DNA from: Candidatus Onthoplasma sp.
GTDB taxonomy: Bacteria > Bacillota > Clostridia > Christensenellales > UBA1242
DNA: 64,000 nt
Assembly: GCA_045126575.1 (NCBI GenBank)
Contig: JBGVOQ010000017.1
Span: 26,555 to 90,554, forward strand
Reading direction: 5' to 3'
Shown: positions 47,696-55,597 of the stretch, piece by piece
Position numbering within the stretch: the stretch's first letter is position 1
Layout: every line of letters starts with the position of its first letter
Notes under the pieces: model-generated
Database searches by the model: none
What the model saw: only the letters and a program-made list of their open reading frames with translations
Told to the model about the DNA's origin: nothing
Translations under genes and position numbers: made by a program

Positions 47696-47843
47696 TGTTA
47701 ATGTCTCCAATTTGTTGTTTATTGTTATTTCCTTTAGCTTTTTGTTTAATTTTTAAACTGTATGTTTTTGTGAAAAACCCACCTATGAAACCTAATACAG
47801 AACTTACTAAACCAATTATTAAATTCACTAACCAATCTGGCAT
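47688..47843 (-). CDS. Small single-TM peptide (51 aa), below the ORF-track cutoff and translationally coupled to the 371-aa gene
   Basis: My own translation: MPDWLVNLIIGLVSSVLGFIGGFFTKTYSLKIKQKAKGNNNKQQIGDINNG. AAGGAGG RBS at about 47851-47857. It overlaps the downstream ATG by 8 nt (ATGGATAA). Confidence 0.55.
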   Translation of the reverse strand: MPDWLVNLIIGLVSSVLGFIGGFFTKTYSLKIKQKAKGNNNKQQIGDINNG

Positions 47844-47910
47844 ATCTTTAGTCCTCCTTATAATTAAAGTAAGTATAGCACATATTTCTTAAAATTGTAT
47901 ATATTCTGAC

Positions 47911-47941
47911 AAAAAAGAGAAGAAGTTTTTTACTTCTTCTC
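47911..47941 (-). terminator. Terminator closing the non-coding stretch downstream of the NDT-like gene
   Basis: Minus strand GAGAAGAAG-TAAAAAA-CTTCTTCTC followed by TTTTTT. Confidence 0.6.
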
Positions 47942-48255
47942 GTGGGTTTTATTGATTGGATTGCAAATGAGTGTAGACTTCATTTGCTGATAGGTTAGAA
48001 AAGTTGCCGTTAGTTTCGGCAAAGTTCTTTAAGTCAGTTGCAAGAATAAAAGCAATTCTCTTTATTTGTTTTGACTTAATTCTGTTTTGCCTTGCCTTAA
48101 TAATTTGGGGAGCGATTCAAAATGCATCTCGGGGTATGTTCAACTGAACCACCAAAAACCAACTATTTTGTAGTGGTTTTTAGCGTTGAAATTTCAATTT
48201 TGAGTCCGCTCCTTATCCTGCTCCCTAAAATTTAATGACAATTTATGTCGTTTTG

Positions 48256-48762
48256 TTATTTTTCAAAAGAAAAATCCGGTTTATATTTATGGTATTTATC
48301 AAACCATTCACGACTATTCCACATTTCATTTTCCATTATAAGAATTTCGCACAATCTTTCTGGTGAACATATATTAAATTTTTCGGTAATTAAACTGGAA
48401 ATAAGTTCATCTTGTGGTTGTTCTTGAAAATAGACTTCTTGTCCTTTTGCTATAAGATATCCTAGTTCAAACATTGCAGTTCCGCCAATATAACCATTGC
48501 TATTACAGCAATAAACAACATCGGAAGCAAGTAACGCCTTTAAATAATCTTTTTCTAGTTCTCTTGGTGATTGAGATTTATCTGTATCTAATAAAACAAA
48601 TGAGACATCTTTTGAACCTGAAATTGTTGTTGATTTAGGAACCAAAACTTTAAATCCTTTATTTAAAAATATTTCTTTTGCTCTCTGAATATCCTCCATT
48701 TGTTTTCTGAAAGAGCCAATTATTGAAATTGTTTTATATTGTTGTCCATTAAAAGTTTTCAT
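48256..48762 (-). CDS. Nucleoside 2-deoxyribosyltransferase-like fold protein (168 aa)
   Basis: N-terminal ISIIGSFRK and C-terminal NGYIGGTAMFELGYLIAKGQEVY match the DxGTxxExGyAxxxgKPV-type motif of the NDT/Rcl superfamily. Start at ATG 48762 after GAGG. Promoter TTGAAA-17-TATTAT at 48808-48780. Confidence 0.55.
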   Translation of the reverse strand: MKTFNGQQYKTISIIGSFRKQMEDIQRAKEIFLNKGFKVLVPKSTTISGSKDVSFVLLDTDKSQSPRELEKDYLKALLASDVVYCCNSNGYIGGTAMFELGYLIAKGQEVYFQEQPQDELISSLITEKFNICSPERLCEILIMENEMWNSREWFDKYHKYKPDFSFEK

Positions 48763-49038
48763 ATAATAACCTCGTAAGTATAATATCATAATATATAAAT
48801 TTTTTCAATACCAATTCTAAAATTTGTCTAATGTTTTGTATAATATTTTTCTAACAAATTTCATTAGACACGAAAAAAAGTGTGATTTTTCTGTTAGACA
48901 TTTTGTTAGACATCATACATTAGTGCCAAAAACCGTTGATGTGAATGTAATTTAATGAAAAGTGAAGAATGAAAAATGAAGAATTAGAAAATCATAAACA
49001 AAACCTTAACTTTTCATTATTAATTAGTCATTTATCAT

Positions 49039-49062
49039 TAAAAAACTCTGCTGTTAAGCAGA
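49039..49062 (-). terminator. Terminator immediately after the Ser-locus structured module
   Basis: Minus strand CTCTGC-TTAACA-GCAGAG followed by TTTTTT. Confidence 0.6.
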
Positions 49063-49072
49063 GCGATTTTTT

Positions 49073-49199
49073 ATGGCGGAGAGTTAGAGGCGACTGCGTT
49101 AAGAAAAGTTGCCAGTGGCAAGTTTTTAGCATAAAGCGGGAGCAACTTGTTGCGGTCCGGGTCGACAGACCGAACCCTTTGTGTGTCGAATCCCGCCCT
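49073..49199 (-). ncRNA. Candidate structured RNA/DNA module with tRNA-Ser-derived ends (same family as 14546-14671)
   Basis: Minus strand TTAGGGCGGGATTCGAC...AACGCAGTCGCCTCTAACTCTCCGCCA. Same three hairpins as the Arg copy. The last 14 nt are identical to the tRNA-Ser 3' end including CCA. Confidence 0.4.
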
Positions 49200-49202
49200 A
49201 AA

Positions 49203-49258
49203 ATAAAAAATAAACCCAATCAAAACACATGGTGTTCGATTTAGGTTTTGATTGGCGG
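49203..49258 (-). repeat. Right direct repeat of the islet (genuine tRNA-Ser 3' tip plus downstream hairpin)
   Basis: Aligns with 46468-46523. Confidence 0.7.
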
Positions 49259-49339
49259 AGAGTTAGGGATTCGAACCCCAGGATGCTTGCACATCAACGG
49301 TTTTCAAGACCGCCGCTTTCGACCACTCAGCCAACTCTC
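49252..49339 (-). tRNA. tRNA-Ser (anticodon TGA), long variable arm, CCA encoded
   Basis: Minus strand GGAGAGT-TG-GCTGAGTGGTCGAAAGC..GGTCTTGAAAACC..variable arm..TGGGG-TTCGAAT-CCCTA-ACTCTCC-G-CCA (88 nt). Confidence 0.93.
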
Positions 49340-49374
49340 CATATATTAAACTATGTTACATTTGCAACAAGTAT

Positions 49375-49403
49375 ATTATATATTATTTAAAAGGCTATGT
49401 CAA
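49375..49403 (-). promoter_or_regulatory. Sigma-A type promoter of tRNA-Ser
   Basis: Minus strand TTGACA (49403-49398), 17 nt, TATAAT (49380-49375). Confidence 0.6.
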
Positions 49404-49556
49404 GCACTTTTTAAAAAATATTTTTGCAATAAAAGAAAAAAGTGGAGATTATTCTCCACCAAGCACACTAACACGGTGCATTGCAATCAGTACATCAGTG
49501 CCTATTGCTTGATAAAATTATTATAGCATATTTTTTATGGTTTGTCAAATTTTATA

Positions 49557-50774
49557 TTAATTATCGTACATCCAGTCCACATATACGCCAAAGCCTTGAG
49601 TTGGTTCGTTTACGAATACATGCGTTACCGCACCCACGAGTTTGTTGTTTTGAATAATTGGGCAACCACTCATACCCTGGATAATTCCGCCAGTTTTTTC
49701 GATTAGTTCCTTATCGGTTACCCTAAACACAATACTCTTATCATCGGCATTATCTTGATGATTGGTTTTGATAATTTTAATATCATACGGCTTGACGCCC
49801 TCGCCATCAATACAAGCATAAATTTGCGCTTTGCCTGGCTTAATACTCATACGCCCACCTAGGCAATAGTCATCAATAAGATTAAGTTTGTTTACATTTA
49901 AAATATTTCCATACACGCCATACTTGCAATTGGTATCCGCAACGCCTATTGCATCATCTGACAGTTTCATAGTGCTACGGATTTCGCCCGGAGCATTTGG
50001 CTCGCCTTTTTTAATCCCTAAAAGATTGCATAGATACACTTCACCTTCTGCCACCTTATAATTATCGCCAAAAGTTGCATCTGTAAGCGAATGACCGACA
50101 GCGCCAAAACGATTGTCGTTCTTCTTAACATAGGTCAACGTACCAACACCACTAGTGCTATTTTTTACCCACAAGCCCAACTTGTATTTTTGCGTAAATA
50201 CATCTAGTGCTGGCGTAACATTACATTTAATTTCCTTGTTATCCCTAATAACACTAATTTCAACATCACGCCCAGCATATTCCACACTATTTAAAATCTT
50301 GTCAATATCGTAAATCGACTTAATTTCCTGCCCTTCAATTGATTTGATACTATCGCCTTCCCTAAGTCCTGAATCCAGTATTGGTTCCTTACTACCCTCA
50401 CGTGTAAAAACGGCATTTGAACCCACAACTATAACGCCTTCTGTGTTTAAACTAAACCCTACAATATTTCCACCGACGTATACCTCAGGCGAATTAATAA
50501 GTTTAACCTTAACTTTTTTTAGTGGCAAAAATCCAAACAACTTAATACGCATGGTGGTAGATGTCACTTCCTCACCATTAACCGCCATGGTATCAGTAAG
50601 ACCAAACTTGATAAATGGCGCAAGGTCGCTATTGTCGTTAATAAACTGGATATCATCTGCTGTTACGTACATATTGTTTGGATAGTCGATAGCCTCATTA
50701 ATAGGCTTCACCACATAAAAATATCCCATTACAAAAAAAGATATGATAAATAAACTGAAAACAACTTTCTTCAT
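49557..50774 (-). CDS. spoIVB: SpoIVB peptidase (S55) with PDZ domain
   Basis: N-terminal TM, PDZ region GLREGDSIKSIEGQEI, and catalytic Ser context GIIQGMSGCPIIQNNKLVGAVTHV. Terminator at 49431-49459. Confidence 0.85.
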   Translation of the reverse strand: MKKVVFSLFIISFFVMGYFYVVKPINEAIDYPNNMYVTADDIQFINDNSDLAPFIKFGLTDTMAVNGEEVTSTTMRIKLFGFLPLKKVKVKLINSPEVYVGGNIVGFSLNTEGVIVVGSNAVFTREGSKEPILDSGLREGDSIKSIEGQEIKSIYDIDKILNSVEYAGRDVEISVIRDNKEIKCNVTPALDVFTQKYKLGLWVKNSTSGVGTLTYVKKNDNRFGAVGHSLTDATFGDNYKVAEGEVYLCNLLGIKKGEPNAPGEIRSTMKLSDDAIGVADTNCKYGVYGNILNVNKLNLIDDYCLGGRMSIKPGKAQIYACIDGEGVKPYDIKIIKTNHQDNADDKSIVFRVTDKELIEKTGGIIQGMSGCPIIQNNKLVGAVTHVFVNEPTQGFGVYVDWMYDN

Positions 50775-50842
50775 ATTTACTCCATATCTTTTAGTATAAG
50801 TTTTATATTAAATTTTATTCTTTTAATTTATTGTAAAATATA

Positions 50843-51304
50843 TTAATACCAACTAGTTCTTTCGATATTTATATTTCCATCTGTATCAGTAGTTAAATAT
50901 TTTAAAAATATTCCTTGAACAATTGATTGTCCTTTTGGTATAAACACTTCTTTGTCACTTTCATTTTGAATTTTAGCCCAAATATGACCTTCATTATCTT
51001 TATTATTGTAATAATCTGCATCAATAATACCAACTTGATTACACAAACGAATATTATATTTAAATCCCGTACTGCTACGCACAATTAAAAACATTACTTC
51101 ATCTTTTTGAAAATGTGCCTTTATTCCAGTAGGTAATTTTTTAATTTCATTTGGCATAATATGTAAGTCTTCTAGCAAATAAATGTCGTATCCAGCAGTA
51201 GCGTCAGAATCCCTTTGAGGCAATAAATATTCATTATACAAATTTATATCATTTTTTACATCTTTTTTAAATTGTTCAAAACTAATTTTTTCAAAATCTC
51301 TCAT
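50843..51304 (-). CDS. dut: dUTP diphosphatase (dUTPase superfamily, YncF/YosS-like)
   Basis: DATAGYDIY, VRSSTGFK and GIIDADYYN motifs. Confidence 0.75.
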   Translation of the reverse strand: MRDFEKISFEQFKKDVKNDINLYNEYLLPQRDSDATAGYDIYLLEDLHIMPNEIKKLPTGIKAHFQKDEVMFLIVRSSTGFKYNIRLCNQVGIIDADYYNNKDNEGHIWAKIQNESDKEVFIPKGQSIVQGIFLKYLTTDTDGNINIERTSWY

Positions 51305-51318
51305 ACTTTTATCCTCTA

Positions 51319-52329
51319 TTAAAGTTCCAAATTGGCTTTTGGTGCAAGGCTTCCATCTGCAAATGGTTTGCCTAGTAGCACATCAAAATAGGCACTACTT
51401 CCTATCATTGCAGCATTGTCGGTGCAGTATTTTAGGTCTGGAAGATAGCATTTTATACCATTTTGTGCACACTTTGTTGATAACTCTTGGCGTAAAAGTT
51501 TGTTTGCTGACACGCCACCAGCGACAACAACTTTATCAAGTCCGCTTTCAATAGTTGCCTTAATGGTTTTATCCACAAGTTCATCAACTGCACATCTTTG
51601 GAAGCTGGCACAAATATCACTAACTGGAACAGTTAAGCCTTTTTGCTCTAAATTATGAATATAGTTGATAACCGCAGTCTTTTTACCGCTAAAACTAAAG
51701 TTGTAACCCAAACTATCATTAGGTTTTACAAACACTATATCGTCTTTACCGGTTTCAGCAGCCTTAGATACCTTTGGCCCACCAGGATAGCCTAGTCCCA
51801 TTACACGAGCGACTTTGTCAAAACTTTCACCAACCGCATCATCAAGCGTATTACCAATAACAGTGTGCTGATTATATTCATCAACCCTAATAATTGCCGT
51901 ATGTCCACCACTAACTAGTAGGCACATAAATGGTGGTTTTAAGTCAGGGTATGTAATAAAGTTAGATGCAATGTGTCCGTTAATATGATTAACTGCAATA
52001 AGCGGTTTGCCCGTTGCAAATGATAATGCCTTAGCATAACTAATACCCACCAACAAGCAACCAACAAGTCCAGCACCATAGGTTACTGCAATAGCGTCAA
52101 TATCGTCAAGAGTTTTACCCGCAACACTTAATGCTTCGTTTACCACATTATCAATAGCGGTTATGTGGTTACGTGATGCAACTTCTGGCACAACACCACC
52201 AAACAATGTATGGATATCTATTTGGCTAGAAACAACGTTGGAAAGAACTGTTCTGCCATCTACCACCACAGCACAACTTGTTTCATCACAACTACTTTCT
52301 ATTGCTAAAATTGTATAATTCTTCTTCAT
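51319..52329 (-). CDS. tsaD: tRNA N6-adenosine threonylcarbamoyltransferase TsaD
   Basis: [18 protein letters not shown] (metal-binding His pair), [19 protein letters not shown]. Confidence 0.93.
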   Translation of the reverse strand: MKKNYTILAIESSCDETSCAVVVDGRTVLSNVVSSQIDIHTLFGGVVPEVASRNHITAIDNVVNEALSVAGKTLDDIDAIAVTYGAGLVGCLLVGISYAKALSFATGKPLIAVNHINGHIASNFITYPDLKPPFMCLLVSGGHTAIIRVDEYNQHTVIGNTLDDAVGESFDKVARVMGLGYPGGPKVSKAAETGKDDIVFVKPNDSLGYNFSFSGKKTAVINYIHNLEQKGLTVPVSDICASFQRCAVDELVDKTIKATIESGLDKVVVAGGVSANKLLRQELSTKCAQNGIKCYLPDLKYCTDNAAMIGSSAYFDVLLGKPFADGSLAPKANLEL

Positions 52330-52449
52330 ACCCTTATTATATTACAAACCACACCAAAAATCAAGTGCTAAACACTAACTATTTTTGTTTTTAATCTTGA
52401 CAAATTATTAATATGTGCTATAATGCAAGCATAACGTAGGAGAAATTTT

Positions 52450-52983
52450 ATGAGTGATAAATTTAAAATTAGTATTGATGATGTGCAAGATTTTTTAAGC
52501 AAGGTAGCGGGATTAAAATGGGATAAAACCGTTCTTACCGAACAAGGCAGAATCCCTGCAACTAAATTAGGCGATTTAAAATTTAAAAATAACAACCCTG
52601 TTGCTATCCGCACTATCGACCGTAGCAATAACCCTAATATTATAAATATCGCAGCTAGCCCAATATACTTTGCAACTTATGTGGAATCTTTTGATTATTC
52701 AGATATTGATGATGTTATTGAATTTGCTGTTGAGCACGACCTATCTGACCTTTGGATTAAGTTCTTGGTTAAAAAGTACGGCAAAGATTACCAAGAATAT
52801 GCCGAAAAGTTCTGTCAACATGAAAAAAATCGTATAGTGCTTGATACCTATGCAAAAGTTAAAAGATTAGACGCTGAAAAGCGTGCTATATTAGATGAAC
52901 ATAAATCAAAATTGAACAAATACGATAGTGTTTCAAAATTACTTTATAGCAACAATTCTTCAACAACCCTTGAAAAAAAGTAA
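52450..52983 (+). CDS. Hypothetical 177-aa protein, divergent from tsaD
   Basis: AGGAG RBS, no motif recognised. Bidirectional terminator at 53001-53035. Confidence 0.55.
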   Translation: MSDKFKISIDDVQDFLSKVAGLKWDKTVLTEQGRIPATKLGDLKFKNNNPVAIRTIDRSNNPNIINIAASPIYFATYVESFDYSDIDDVIEFAVEHDLSDLWIKFLVKKYGKDYQEYAEKFCQHEKNRIVLDTYAKVKRLDAEKRAILDEHKSKLNKYDSVSKLLYSNNSSTTLEKK

Positions 52984-53080
52984 ACATCTAAATATTATAA
53001 AAAGAAACATCTCGTTTTGAGATGTTCTTTTTTTAACAATTTTATTTTATATTTAATATCCAACCATATTAAATAAGTTA

Positions 53081-55465
53081 TTATATACTTTCATCATAAA
53101 CAACTGTATACCAAATGTCGCCATTTGCTTGTTTTTCTGAAATTACAGTATAGCCTTCTGCAACGTAGTTTGTGCCTTGACCTTCAGAAGCATTGTTTGA
53201 TGGATCAAAATTCACAAATGTTCCGCCATAAATAACAACGTTTGCTGAACCGTTTCTATAATTTGCATCAATACAGTTAATTACATAAGTTTGGTTTTCT
53301 GTTTGACTTTCAAAGAAACCACCATTAATTGTAACTGTTCCTTCCACTACATTAATTGCAGTAGTACCACCAACATATCTACCACCGTTAATTTCCAAGT
53401 TTGCACCATTACGAACACACACAGCATATAATTCTGCATTTGCAGCAGTTATAACACCACCAGTGGTACCGTTAAATTGTACGTATCCACCATTTACATT
53501 TATTCCTGCCCAGTTAGCAGTTTCGCTTGTTGCGTTAGGGATATCTAAGTTGATAGTATTATCACCAAAATAAACAACTTTATCTTGAGTTATAATTGCC
53601 TTAGCCTCTGCACTCTCGCTTGTTTCAACTATATCAACGGCAACACGAACTTCAACAGTTTCGTCATTATTAGCAAACAGGTCTTTAGCACTTGTTGTAA
53701 CAGTATACCAAACATCGCCATTTGCATCAGTTTCAGATTTCGCAACGGTATATCCTGCTGGAACAAAGTCTGCAGTAGGATATTCGCTTGTACTACCATC
53801 TGGATTGTAGTTAGCAAATGTTCCACCATAAACTTCAATAGTTGCTCTGCCATTTTGATAATATTCGTCAAAACAGTTTAGAGTATATCTACTATCGCCA
53901 GTAACTTCTGATAGTTGTTTAATATCAAATGTTCCGCCCTTTACAATTAATCTTCCAAATTTAACATATACTGAATGCACATTACCTATATATGTTCCAC
54001 TTTCGATTGTACATGTTCCGCCATTACGGATATCAATTGCATAGCAGTCATCTTCCTTAGCATCAACTGTTCCGTTTTTGATAGTTAAATTTCCGCCATC
54101 AACTGAAATTAAAGACCATTGGCTATTAGCAGGGTCCCAAATGCCATCCACATTGTTAATAGTGTGGCCATTTAAGTCAAGGGTTAGCTTTGAAGTAATA
54201 CTTAGTGGAGCGTCTAGCACCATATCACTTGACAATGTTGCTGTAACATCTATATCCATAGGGATATATGACAACATTTCAATTGCTTGCTGTTTTTCAA
54301 CAACTTGATAAACTCTTACACCTTGCTCAGGTTCGTAGTCTACAACAATCTTATCATTAGATACATAGTTTGTATTTACACCTTCACTTAGGTTGTTTGT
54401 AGGGTTAAAGTTTACAAAATAACCGCCGTTAATAACTACGTTTGATGTGCCATTTGTATAATTTGCGTCCAAACAATTTATTGTGTATCTAGAGTCCTTT
54501 GTTCTAGGATCTAGTTGTTGTATTGCAAATGCGCCACCGTTAATTACCAAGTCGCCTTCATACACATATACAGCACTTATATTTCCAACAAAAGTTCCTG
54601 ACTCGATAGTACACTTACCGCCCTCTCTAACATCAATAGCATAACAATCGTTTTCCTTAGCCATCATTATACCATCTTCATTTTCAGATGAATCACTAAC
54701 AATTAGTTCGCCACCATCAACAACCGATAACAATGACCACTTGTCGTTATCTTCATTCCAAAGGTCTTCAGTGTTTGAAATTTTCTTACCAGCTAGGTTA
54801 ATTTCCACCTTCTTAGAAATATCAATTTGCTTATCTAGCACAACGTCAGTTGTAAGCATAATTTCGCCACCCTCAGAAACCACCTCAAGCGCCTTTTCGA
54901 AGGTCATTTCGCTACCAACATATATTGTATGTCCTAGGTAAACTCGTTCGGTTGTAGTTGTATCGTTTGAGTAATGGAATGTAATATCCATATATACATT
55001 TTCATCCGCGTCACAGAATGACTTGGTAGAAACATTTACAATGCCAACACCTTGCTCACCTTGAATTCCTTGGTCACCCTTGTCACCTTTTTCGCCTTGA
55101 ATACCTTGCTCACCTTGAATTCCCTGGTCGCCCTGAGGACCTTGTGGACCTACTGCGCCTTGTGGTCCCTTAATGTTAGAAACTCGTATCCAGCCTTGTT
55201 CGTTTAGTTGCCACACATTTCCGTCATCAGTTTCGATATAAAAATCGCCCACTTTGCCTGGATTATCTAACTTGTTTGGACTTTCAGCACCATAGTAAAA
55301 ACTTGTGCCTGCTGGCGCCTGGATTGAACCGCTTTCGGTATCACAACCAACTAACAATCCGCCCGAAATCATTGCTGTACCCAACAATGCACACAATGCT
55401 CCCTTTTTCAAAACATTAAAAGGAACTTTACCTTTGTTTTTAGCAAATTTTTTATTCTTTGCCAT
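53081..55465 (-). CDS. Lipoprotein with a collagen-like G-X-Y tract and three copies of a ~130-aa beta-rich module
   Basis: Lipobox LLVGC (Cys41). 13 uninterrupted G-X-Y triplets (nt 55049-55168). Three paralogous modules, each containing CYAIDxRxGG.CTIESGT..G...VYV and ending in NxDPxxNxSEG. Confidence 0.75.
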   Translation of the reverse strand: MAKNKKFAKNKGKVPFNVLKKGALCALLGTAMISGGLLVGCDTESGSIQAPAGTSFYYGAESPNKLDNPGKVGDFYIETDDGNVWQLNEQGWIRVSNIKGPQGAVGPQGPQGDQGIQGEQGIQGEKGDKGDQGIQGEQGVGIVNVSTKSFCDADENVYMDITFHYSNDTTTTERVYLGHTIYVGSEMTFEKALEVVSEGGEIMLTTDVVLDKQIDISKKVEINLAGKKISNTEDLWNEDNDKWSLLSVVDGGELIVSDSSENEDGIMMAKENDCYAIDVREGGKCTIESGTFVGNISAVYVYEGDLVINGGAFAIQQLDPRTKDSRYTINCLDANYTNGTSNVVINGGYFVNFNPTNNLSEGVNTNYVSNDKIVVDYEPEQGVRVYQVVEKQQAIEMLSYIPMDIDVTATLSSDMVLDAPLSITSKLTLDLNGHTINNVDGIWDPANSQWSLISVDGGNLTIKNGTVDAKEDDCYAIDIRNGGTCTIESGTYIGNVHSVYVKFGRLIVKGGTFDIKQLSEVTGDSRYTLNCFDEYYQNGRATIEVYGGTFANYNPDGSTSEYPTADFVPAGYTVAKSETDANGDVWYTVTTSAKDLFANNDETVEVRVAVDIVETSESAEAKAIITQDKVVYFGDNTINLDIPNATSETANWAGINVNGGYVQFNGTTGGVITAANAELYAVCVRNGANLEINGGRYVGGTTAINVVEGTVTINGGFFESQTENQTYVINCIDANYRNGSANVVIYGGTFVNFDPSNNASEGQGTNYVAEGYTVISEKQANGDIWYTVVYDESI

Positions 55466-55597
55466 AATACCCCTCCTAAAAAATTATATGTTCTACATAT
55501 ATTACTTATTCAAATAATACCATAATCTTTACCAAAACGCAAAAGATTTTTTAAATTTATTAAAATACCTTTAAATTTATAGCTATATTTGCCATAT

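Larger units (their letters stand above)
46524..49251 (-). mobile_element. Integrase-less genomic islet inserted at the 3' side of tRNA-Ser (remnant or satellite-type element)
   Basis: Bounded by the ~55-bp direct repeats. Codon and base composition are visibly more AT-rich than the neighbours. All cargo is of unknown or accessory type. No recombinase ORF in any frame. Confidence 0.5.

Noticed and set aside
48969-49244. 91-aa plus-strand and 63-aa minus-strand ORFs over the Ser-locus module
   Set aside because: They cover the conserved hairpin module, the duplicated tRNA end and terminators. They have no RBS, and the homologous Arg-locus copy does not preserve either reading frame.
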